DNA of 64,000 bases from Mycobacterium sp. (lineage in GTDB: Bacteria > Actinomycetota > Actinomycetes > Mycobacteriales > Mycobacteriaceae). Both the position numbers and the translations under genes were made by a program. Shown piece after piece: positions 56,883-64,000 of this stretch (the stretch's first letter is position 1; each line of letters starts with the position of its first letter). The stretch lies in assembly GCA_049683935.1 (NCBI GenBank), contig JBAUJR010000071.1, one strand, 5' to 3'. The notes under the pieces are model-generated. The model was not told the origin of the DNA, did not search any database, and worked only from the letters and a program-made list of their open reading frames with translations.

Positions 56883-59543
56883 TCACAAAACCCCTTCACG
56901 TGTATCAACAGCGCCCACGGTTGTCGCCATCGCCGCCCGATCGGGGACGCCGAGTTTCATACATGCCTTGTACACATGGCCTTCCACGGTTCGCACCGAG
57001 ACACACAGTCGGTCCGCGATGGCCTTGTTGGTCATGCCCTGCGACACCATCACCGCCACCTCGCGCTCACGTCCGGTCAACGGCATCGGGTTGAGGACAC
57101 GTTCCAGTGCCGGCGTCGTCGGGTTGCCGCACCGTTGGGACAGTTGACTCGCGCGCGACTTCGCGGCGATCTCCCCTGCGCGGTCACCACTTGCCTGGTG
57201 GGCGGCCGCGGCCTGCGCGGCGGCGTCGGCAGCGACGGCGATCATCCCCGCCGCCTCGAGGTCCACCGACACGTCATTCAAGCCGGCACCGTCGCCACTG
57301 GCCAGCGCTGCGGTGTGCGCGACACACAGATATCCTGCAGCACAATCGATCTTGGCGTTCACCCGACGGGCTGCCGCCAGTCCCTGAACGTCGCCCAATC
57401 GCGCGCCGTCATGCAGTACCCGCAGCAGGATCGCGTCCTGACCCGACTGCTCGGCGGCATGAGCGGCATCCCGGACGGCACCGACCGCACCGCGGAGGTC
57501 GCGGGCCGCAGCCAGTGTCCACGCCCGAGCCAGCGCGAGGTCGGGCGCATACACCTGCGAGCGCAGGCCGTGGCTGGCCTCGGCGCGCTGCAGCGTGCTG
57601 GCGGCATCGGCCGCGCGACCCTGCTGACCGAGGGCCTGCGCGAGTCCAATCAGCGCCAGCGGGCCCCAGCTGTAACCGGTCGAGGTGAGCGCTGCCGCCG
57701 CCTGGCGTAGCAGGATCACCGCGTCGTTGTAGGAACCCGACGCCAAAAGTGTGTGACCCAAAAGCACTTCACCAATCGCGCGCCCCGGCTGCTGGAACTC
57801 CGAGAAACTCAGATAATGCCGTGCCAGGCGTTCGGCAGCGGGCACATCGCCGGCCATGATGAGCGCCAGCGCTTGGCCCAGCCCCATCGTGAACCGCAGC
57901 AACCCGGGGTGCGTCGCGTTCAGACCACGCTGTGCGATCGGTTCGACGTCGGCAAACCGGCCCAGACGCGCGCTGGACAGTGTCGCCGCCGCAGAAGCCC
58001 AGGCCACTGCGAGATCTTGGGCATCGTCGGCGTCGAGCACACCGTCGGCGACGCGGACAGCCTGTACCAGATCGCCGGAGTTGAACGAAAACGTCGCTGC
58101 CAGGGCATCAATCGTGTGCAGCGCGGCGCGCTCGGTGATTCGCGCCCGCATCTGCGACAGATAGACCACGGCCTCAGCGGATTCGGAGAGCATCCAGAAT
58201 CGGTTGGCGGCCTTGGGCAAAGTCCAGGCCATCAAGTCCCATTGCGACAGCGTGTCCGGGTCGACCGGGGACAGCACGTCGTCGGCGTCGCGGCCACGGC
58301 CCTGCCAGGACAGTGCGTGGGCGAGCGGCAGTCGAGCCGACAGCGCGCCGGTCTGGTCCAGCGCGCCACGCGCCAACCGCTCCCCGAGTGCGAGGTCACC
58401 CAACCGCATCGCCTCCCACGCCAGACCGGTCAGTTCGTCGGCCCGCGGCGGATCGTCGGTGTCGATTGCCAGTCCGGCCAGCCGCAGCCGTGCGCTGATG
58501 CTTTCCGGTGCGCGGGCCGAGAGTTGTTGCACCAGTTGGGTTCGGAGCCGGCGAGCCGCGAGGCGGCCCAACCCCGATCGGACGCGTTCAGTGTAGAGCG
58601 GGTGAAAAGGATGGACGACCAGGGTTCCGGCTTGATCACTGACCGCGACGACCCCGGTCGTCTCGGCCTGATCAACCGCGTCGAGGCCGGTGAGCTCCGC
58701 TAGGTCGGACACCGCCAATGGTTCCTCGATGGCGAGGAACTCCAGGACTGTGCGCACCGGCGACGGCAGCGTGACCAGGTGCTGGTCGATCAGGGTGGAG
58801 AGCTGCGGGGTCAGTGGCATCTCGCCGCGAAGCTGCCACACTCCCTCCACCTGTCGCAGCGAGCCGGTGTTGAGCGCGGACTCCACGAGGTGCCGCAGGT
58901 AGAGCGGATTACCCTGGCTGACATCGAACACCCTTGTGGTGCTGACATCCTCGACCACGCCGCCCAGCGTCTGCTCCAGGAAGAAACCGGTCTCGTCGTA
59001 GTCGAACGGGAAGATGTCATGGCGCGCGAGGATGTCGTCCTTCCAGAGCGCGGTGACAGCGTCGGGGACCGACTCGCCCTCGCGAACAGTCAGCAGCATG
59101 TGCGCTTCGCCGTTGACGGCAAGCTGATGCACCAGCGTCGCCGACAGCGTGTCGAGTTGATGTGCATCGTCGACCACGAGGATGAGGCCACGCGCGGCCC
59201 CGGCCCGTAGGGCTTCCCGGGCGGCCCGGAGCACGGTGGCCGGTTCGTCGGCGCCGGCCACCGCGATCAGATGGCTGAAGGCTCCGAACGGAATGCCTTT
59301 CGCCGATGCGGTCGCCGAAATCCACTGCGCCGCGAATTGGGGATGCTTCCTGGCGAATTCCTTGAACAGCTTGCGCGCCATCGACGTCTTTCCGACGCCC
59401 GGAGCCCCGACGAGCACAGCCGACAGACTCGCGCCACCGATCGCCGATTCCACCTGCTGACGCACCAGGCCCCGACCCACGGTCATACCGCGCACCCCCC
59501 TCGCCCGAATGCTAACTGCCGGATCGTCCGGGGGCGGGCTCAA
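56883..59543 (-). CDS. Large ATP-binding LuxR-family regulator (LAL)
   Basis: It has Walker A GAPGVGKTS, Walker B ILVVDDAHQ and the C-terminal HTH LTGREREVAVMVSQGMTNKAIADRLCVSVRTVEGHVYKACMKLG. The track start is TTG 59543. ATG 59486 (MTVGRGLVRQQ...), preceded by GAGGGGGG, is a plausible alternative. Confidence 0.85.
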   Translation of the reverse strand: MSPPPDDPAVSIRARGVRGMTVGRGLVRQQVESAIGGASLSAVLVGAPGVGKTSMARKLFKEFARKHPQFAAQWISATASAKGIPFGAFSHLIAVAGADEPATVLRAAREALRAGAARGLILVVDDAHQLDTLSATLVHQLAVNGEAHMLLTVREGESVPDAVTALWKDDILARHDIFPFDYDETGFFLEQTLGGVVEDVSTTRVFDVSQGNPLYLRHLVESALNTGSLRQVEGVWQLRGEMPLTPQLSTLIDQHLVTLPSPVRTVLEFLAIEEPLAVSDLAELTGLDAVDQAETTGVVAVSDQAGTLVVHPFHPLYTERVRSGLGRLAARRLRTQLVQQLSARAPESISARLRLAGLAIDTDDPPRADELTGLAWEAMRLGDLALGERLARGALDQTGALSARLPLAHALSWQGRGRDADDVLSPVDPDTLSQWDLMAWTLPKAANRFWMLSESAEAVVYLSQMRARITERAALHTIDALAATFSFNSGDLVQAVRVADGVLDADDAQDLAVAWASAAATLSSARLGRFADVEPIAQRGLNATHPGLLRFTMGLGQALALIMAGDVPAAERLARHYLSFSEFQQPGRAIGEVLLGHTLLASGSYNDAVILLRQAAAALTSTGYSWGPLALIGLAQALGQQGRAADAASTLQRAEASHGLRSQVYAPDLALARAWTLAAARDLRGAVGAVRDAAHAAEQSGQDAILLRVLHDGARLGDVQGLAAARRVNAKIDCAAGYLCVAHTAALASGDGAGLNDVSVDLEAAGMIAVAADAAAQAAAAHQASGDRAGEIAAKSRASQLSQRCGNPTTPALERVLNPMPLTGREREVAVMVSQGMTNKAIADRLCVSVRTVEGHVYKACMKLGVPDRAAMATTVGAVDTREGVL

Positions 59544-59565
59544 ACAGCGAAAACGCCGTCTGATT

Positions 59566-60195
59566 TCAGATTCGGCGAATCCGCGCCAGCCACGCGGGTT
59601 CGTCCACCCGGGTTCCGACAGCCAGCTTCAGCGCCTCGGCGTGTACGTCGGTGACGAGCCCGCGGTAGGTCGTCGTGGTCAACTCTTCGATGTCCCAGCC
59701 GGTGCCGAACGCCTCACGGATGGTCTCCTCGCTGACCTCGGGTCCGAATCCGCGGCCGGCGTCGGACAAGGCGAGCACATGCACAACCGCTCCGGGTCGA
59801 GTGGCGGTGTGCAGGCTGCGCACGTACTTCGCACGGTCACCGTCGTCGAAGACATGGAAGAGCGCGCTGTCGACGATCGTGTCGTAGCCGGGCACATCGT
59901 GCAGGTCCAGCGCATCGGCAACCTCGAACCGCGCGTCGACGCTGCGCTCGGCGGCATTGCGGCGGGCCTGCTCGACGGCTGTCGGGGCACCGTCGACACC
60001 GAGCACGTCGTATCCCGATCCTGCCAACAGGATCGTGTGCTCGCCGGTGCCGCAGCCGACATCGAGCACCCGACCGGTGATGAGTCCGCGGCGTTCCAGC
60101 TCGACGATGGTCGGCTGCGGCTCGCCGATCACCCAGGGCGGGATCTGGTTCTTGTAGAAGTCGTCGAATCGGGAGATCGTTGGCGTTTGGTCCAT
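59566..60195 (-). CDS. Class I SAM-dependent methyltransferase
   Basis: 209 aa. Motif I is VLDVGCGTGEHTILLA, and post-I is VLGVDGAP. Confidence 0.85.
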   Translation of the reverse strand: MDQTPTISRFDDFYKNQIPPWVIGEPQPTIVELERRGLITGRVLDVGCGTGEHTILLAGSGYDVLGVDGAPTAVEQARRNAAERSVDARFEVADALDLHDVPGYDTIVDSALFHVFDDGDRAKYVRSLHTATRPGAVVHVLALSDAGRGFGPEVSEETIREAFGTGWDIEELTTTTYRGLVTDVHAEALKLAVGTRVDEPAWLARIRRI

Positions 60196-60237
60196 GAAGC
60201 CCAGTGTTCAACCTGAACTGAAGTTGAGGTCAACAGG

Positions 60238-60639
60238 ATGTCCGAAACCGGAACGCGGACTGTCACCGACGTGGCCGAGCGACTGTTCGACGCCATCGAA
60301 CGCAGCGATATCACCACCGTGGAGCAGCTGTTCAGCCCCGCGGTAGCGGTGTGGAAGAGCGGTGACGACAGACCCAGCGGCCGGGAGCGATCGGTTCGCA
60401 TCATCGGGTGGTTCGTCAACACCACCGTGGGCCGGCGGTACGAGATTCTCGACCGCCAGGTGTTCAACGGCGGCTTCGTCCAGCAGCACATCCTGCACGC
60501 CGATGGCCGCAACGGTGCGTCGATCGCGATGCGGGTCTGCATCGTGATCAAGATCGGCATCGACGGCCTGATCACCCATATCGACGAGTACTTCGACCCG
60601 GCGGCGATCGCTCCCCTGCTCTCCGACGACCGAACATGA
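60238..60639 (+). CDS. SnoaL/NTF2-like protein
   Basis: 133 aa. It reads VAERLFDAIERSDITTVEQLFSPAVAVW...GLITHIDEYFD. Confidence 0.65.
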   Translation: MSETGTRTVTDVAERLFDAIERSDITTVEQLFSPAVAVWKSGDDRPSGRERSVRIIGWFVNTTVGRRYEILDRQVFNGGFVQQHILHADGRNGASIAMRVCIVIKIGIDGLITHIDEYFDPAAIAPLLSDDRT

Positions 60640-60705
60640 CGGATGTTGCCGACAAGGCAGGCGTTTTCGGGGACGCGACATTCCCGTCGGGCTACCATCG
60701 CGCCC

Positions 60706-61125
60706 ATGGCTGTGCCCTTGCCGGCGTCATCGCGCACGTCCGGGCCGCTGCGGATCCTGGTCTACAGCGATAATCCGAGAACCCGGGAGCAGGTGCAGCT
60801 CGCGCTGGGCAAGCGCGTCCACCCCGAACTACCGGAGCTCAGCTACCTCGAGGTTGCCACCGCCGCGATGGTGATCAAGCAGATGGATGCGGGCGGATTC
60901 GATCTGGTCATCCTCGACGGCGAGGCCAGCCCGGTAGGCGGAATGGGCATCGCCAAGCAGCTCAAGGACGAGATCAAGCACTGCCCCCCGGTACTGGTGC
61001 TGACCGGACGTCCCGATGACGCATGGCTGGCCCGGTGGTCTCGCGCCGAAGCGGCGGTTCCGCACCCGATCGACCCGATTCGCCTGGGCGACGCGGTCGT
61101 GTCGTTGCTGCGCACCCCCGCCTGA
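60706..61125 (+). CDS. Stand-alone response-regulator receiver-domain protein (Rv3143-like)
   Basis: Start is ATG 60706 (MAVPLPASSRTSGPLRILVYSDNP...). The acceptor-like Asp is in DLVILDGEA and the Thr in LVLTGRP. There is no output domain. It lies immediately upstream of nuoA, as in Mtb (from memory). Confidence 0.7.
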   Translation: MAVPLPASSRTSGPLRILVYSDNPRTREQVQLALGKRVHPELPELSYLEVATAAMVIKQMDAGGFDLVILDGEASPVGGMGIAKQLKDEIKHCPPVLVLTGRPDDAWLARWSRAEAAVPHPIDPIRLGDAVVSLLRTPA

Positions 61126-61290
61126 CAGCTGGAATCGCCAAAAGTGCTGTGCCACTTGGGTTTTTAGGGCACAACGGGATCGCCGCACGACGCTAGTAGC
61201 GATACTAATCAAAATGTGTGGCTTGCATCCAAAAGCGGGCTAGGCTGTGTGCTAGCTCACATCGACAGCCCCGAGGAGCGCCTGCTCAGC

Positions 61291-61665
61291 ATGAATTTGT
61301 ACACACCGATCCTGGTGCTTGGCGCGATCGCCGCTGTGTTCGCCGTCGGTTCGGTCGGGATCGCCCTGCTGATCGGACCCAGGCGCTACAACTTCGCCAA
61401 GCTGGAGGCCTACGAGTGCGGGATCGAACCGATGGACGCGTCCGATCCCGCCGCGGCCGCCACCGGGCAGCGATTCCCGATCAAGTACTACCTGACGGCG
61501 ATGTTGTTCATCGTGTTCGACATCGAGATCGTCTTCCTCTACCCGTGGGCCGTGGCTTTCGACAGCCTGGGCGCCTTCGGCGTCATCGCGGTGGGCCTGT
61601 TCTTGTTCAACGTTTCTGTGGCGTACGCCTATGAATGGCGGCGGGGAGGCTTGGTGTGGGACTAG
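61291..61665 (+). CDS. nuoA: NADH-quinone oxidoreductase subunit A
   Basis: Start is ATG 61291 ([17 protein letters not shown]...YECGIEP...[15 protein letters not shown]). Confidence 0.95.
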   Translation: MNLYTPILVLGAIAAVFAVGSVGIALLIGPRRYNFAKLEAYECGIEPMDASDPAAAATGQRFPIKYYLTAMLFIVFDIEIVFLYPWAVAFDSLGAFGVIAVGLFLFNVSVAYAYEWRRGGLVWD

Positions 61666-62210
61666 AAGAAAAACTGCCCGGTGGGATTCTGCTGTCGACG
61701 GTGGAGATGGTTGCGGGCTACGTACGTAAAGGGTCGCTGTGGCCTGCCACCTTCGGCCTGGCCTGCTGCGCGATCGAGATGATGGCCACCGCCGGCCCCC
61801 GCTTCGACATTTCCCGCTTCGGCATGGAGCGGTTCTCCGCGACGCCGCGCCAAGCCGATCTGATGATCGTCGCAGGACGCGTGAGCCAGAAGATGGCGCC
61901 GGTGCTGCGTCAGATCTATGACCAGATGGCTGAACCGAAGTGGGTTCTGGCGATGGGGGTCTGCGCGTCGTCGGGCGGGATGTTCAACAATTACGCCGTC
62001 GTGCAGGGCGTCGATCACGTGGTACCGGTCGACATCTACCTGCCCGGGTGTCCGCCTCGACCGGAGATGCTTCTGCACGCGATCTTGAAACTGCACGACA
62101 AGATTCAGGAGATGCCACTCGGGGTCAACCGCGAGGAAGCGATCCGGGAGGCCGAGAAGGCGGCGTTGGCGGTGCAGCCGACGATCGAATTGAAAGGCTT
62201 GCTGAGGTGA
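61656..62210 (+). CDS. nuoB: NADH-quinone oxidoreductase subunit B
   Basis: Start is GTG 61656 ([17 protein letters not shown]...), which overlaps the nuoA end. It contains [10 protein letters not shown] and LPGCPPRPE. Confidence 0.95.
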   Translation: MGLEEKLPGGILLSTVEMVAGYVRKGSLWPATFGLACCAIEMMATAGPRFDISRFGMERFSATPRQADLMIVAGRVSQKMAPVLRQIYDQMAEPKWVLAMGVCASSGGMFNNYAVVQGVDHVVPVDIYLPGCPPRPEMLLHAILKLHDKIQEMPLGVNREEAIREAEKAALAVQPTIELKGLLR

Positions 62211-62890
62211 GTGAGTCCCGAAATGACGACGAGTCACCTGAGGTGATCGGTGTCCGCCGCGGCATGTTCGGTGCGAAGGGCAGCGGCGACACCTCGGGCT
62301 ACGGCCGGCTCGTGCGCACCGTGGCGCTGCCGGGCGGGTCGCCGCGGCCCTACGGCGGGTTCTTCGACGAGGTCGTCGACACGCTGTCCGCCGTGATAGG
62401 CGAAGACGCGTTCGCGGCAGCGATCGAACGTGTGGTGGTGCACCGCGAGGAGCTGACCCTGGAGGTCACCCGCGAAGCGCTACCCGCGGTGGCACAGGCG
62501 CTGCGCGACGACCCGGGACTGCGCTTCGAACTGTGCCTCGGCGTCAGCGGCGTGCACTACCCCGACGAAATCGGCCGCGAACTGCACGCGGTCTATCCAC
62601 TGATGTCGATCACCCACAACCGTCGTATCCGCGTCGAGGTGGCGGCGCCGGATGCCGACCCCCACATCCCGTCCCTGTTCCGGGTGTATCCCACCACCGA
62701 CTGGCACGAGCGCGAGACCTACGACTTCTTCGGAATCATCTTCGACGGCCATCCGTCGTTGACCCGGATCGAGATGCCCGACGACTGGGTCGGTCACCCG
62801 CAACGCAAGGACTATCCACTCGGCGGGATTCCGGTCGAGTACCACGGTGCCGAGATACCCCCGCCCGACGAGCGGAGGGCCTACAACTGA
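62207..62890 (+). CDS. nuoC: NADH-quinone oxidoreductase subunit C
   Basis: GTG 62207 overlaps the nuoB stop (GTGA). It contains [20 protein letters not shown]. Confidence 0.9.
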   Translation: MSESRNDDESPEVIGVRRGMFGAKGSGDTSGYGRLVRTVALPGGSPRPYGGFFDEVVDTLSAVIGEDAFAAAIERVVVHREELTLEVTREALPAVAQALRDDPGLRFELCLGVSGVHYPDEIGRELHAVYPLMSITHNRRIRVEVAAPDADPHIPSLFRVYPTTDWHERETYDFFGIIFDGHPSLTRIEMPDDWVGHPQRKDYPLGGIPVEYHGAEIPPPDERRAYN

Positions 62891-64000
62891 TGGCCACCTC
62901 ACAACGTCCACCCGACCGGGTGGTGGTCGTCGGCGGCCAGGACTGGGACGAGGTCGTCACCGCGGCGAGGCAGAACGCCAGGGAGCACGCCGGCGAGCGC
63001 ATCGTCGTCAACATGGGGCCGCAGCACCCGTCGACACACGGGGTGCTACGCCTCATCCTCGAGATCGAGGGCGAGACCATCGTCGAAGCACGGTGCGGGA
63101 TCGGCTACCTGCACACCGGCATCGAGAAGAACCTGGAGTTCCGCAACTGGACGCAGGGCGTCACCTTCGTGACCCGGATGGATTATCTCTCACCGTTTTT
63201 CAACGAAACGGCCTACTGCCTCGGAGTGGAGAAGTTGCTGGGCGTCACCGATGCGATCCCCGAACGGGCCTCGGTGATCCGGGTGATGCTGATGGAGCTC
63301 AACCGGATCTCGAGTCACCTGGTCGCACTCGCCACCGGCGGTATGGAACTCGGTGCGATGACGGCGATGTTCCTCGGCTTCCGCGAGCGCGAACTCATTC
63401 TCTCGGTGTTCGAGTCCATCACCGGGCTTCGGATGAACCACGCATACATCCGACCCGGCGGCGTCGCCGTCGACCTTCCCGACGACGGGATCAGTCAGGT
63501 CCGGGATCTGTTGGAACTGCTACCCACGCGGTTCTGTGATCTGGAGGATCTGCTCAACGAGAACTACATCTGGAAGGCCCGCACCCAGGGCATCGGGTAC
63601 CTGGACCTGACAGGGTGCATGGCACTGGGTATCACCGGACCGGTGCTGCGTTCGACGGGCCTGCCGCACGACCTGCGCAAGGCCCAACCCTATTGCGGCT
63701 ACCAGACATACGACTTCGACGTCATCACCGATGACGGCTGCGACGCCTACGGTCGGTACCTGATCCGGGTGAAGGAGATGCGTGAATCGCTCAAGATCGT
63801 CGAGCAGTGTGTCGAGCGGCTCGAGCGACTCGAGGGTCAACCGGTGATGGTCCAGGACAAGAAGATCGCGTGGCCCGCTGATCTGAAGCTCGGACCCGAC
63901 GGTCTGGGCAACTCGCCCGAGCACATCGCCAAGATCATGGGGCACTCGATGGAGGGCTTGATCCATCACTTCAAGTTGGTGACCGAGGGCATCCGGGTGC
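62890..64000 (+). CDS. nuoD: NADH-quinone oxidoreductase subunit D (3' end beyond the window; absent from the ORF track)
   Basis: ATG 62890 overlaps the nuoC TGA. Hand translation gives [23 protein letters not shown]...[25 protein letters not shown]...[10 protein letters not shown], stop-free to position 64000. Confidence 0.9.
   Translation, partial: MATSQRPPDRVVVVGGQDWDEVVTAARQNAREHAGERIVVNMGPQHPSTHGVLRLILEIEGETIVEARCGIGYLHTGIEKNLEFRNWTQGVTFVTRMDYLSPFFNETAYCLGVEKLLGVTDAIPERASVIRVMLMELNRISSHLVALATGGMELGAMTAMFLGFRERELILSVFESITGLRMNHAYIRPGGVAVDLPDDGISQVRDLLELLPTRFCDLEDLLNENYIWKARTQGIGYLDLTGCMALGITGPVLRSTGLPHDLRKAQPYCGYQTYDFDVITDDGCDAYGRYLIRVKEMRESLKIVEQCVERLERLEGQPVMVQDKKIAWPADLKLGPDGLGNSPEHIAKIMGHSMEGLIHHFKLVTEGIRV

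Noticed and set aside
49916-59543. The two large P-loop/helical-repeat proteins as Avs-like STAND antiphage sensors
   Set aside because: Both end in a canonical LuxR-type HTH (..TNRDVAAAMYISPKTVEHNLGRIYRKLG and ..TNKAIADRLCVSVRTVEGHVYKACMKLG) and lack any nuclease or other effector domain. They fit LAL/MalT-type transcription regulators.
61126-61290. Hairpins (TGTGCC...GGCACA, GCTAG...CTAGC) upstream of nuoA as a riboswitch or attenuator
   Set aside because: The stems are short (5-6 bp) with long loops. I recognise no known riboswitch consensus, and chance occurrence is plausible.

Overview
High-GC (roughly 63-68% in lines counted by hand) actinobacterial chromosome segment. Gene content and order look like Mycobacterium/Mycolicibacterium. 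From memory, several blocks are syntenic with M. tuberculosis: Rv3100c-Rv3106 (smpB-ftsX-ftsE-Pro-rich-mscS-prfB / fprA), Rv3137 (hisN), Rv3139-3141 (fadE24-fadE23-fadB4), Rv3143 plus nuoA-D, and Rv3229c/Rv3230c (desA3 and its reductase). I call about 60 protein genes, one tmRNA (ssrA) with its intrinsic terminator, one truncated permease pseudogene, one REP13E12-like DUF222/HNH element, a VapBC-type toxin-antitoxin pair, and several short repeat or palindrome sites in intergenic regions. Two edge-truncated genes are missing from the supplied ORF track and were found by hand translation: a DUF2252 gene at the left edge and nuoD at the right edge. Many long ORFs in the track are Arg/Pro/Gly-rich off-frame artefacts typical of high-GC DNA. 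The track also translates GTG and TTG starts as M, so several true starts lie internal to the listed ORFs. The best candidate for something undescribed is a lower-GC module of about 4 kb at 52.9-56.9 kb, bracketed by two large LuxR-type (LAL) ATPase regulators. It has a ChoD-like GMC oxidoreductase that converges on, and overlaps by 17 bp, a translationally coupled operon: LAL regulator, alpha/beta hydrolase with Cys in the nucleophile position, 4-TM protein, and an orphan 208-aa protein. A cluster of GTAG/CTAC palindromes sits in the adjacent divergent promoter region. All family assignments rest on motifs read by eye and recalled family signatures. No database search was possible.
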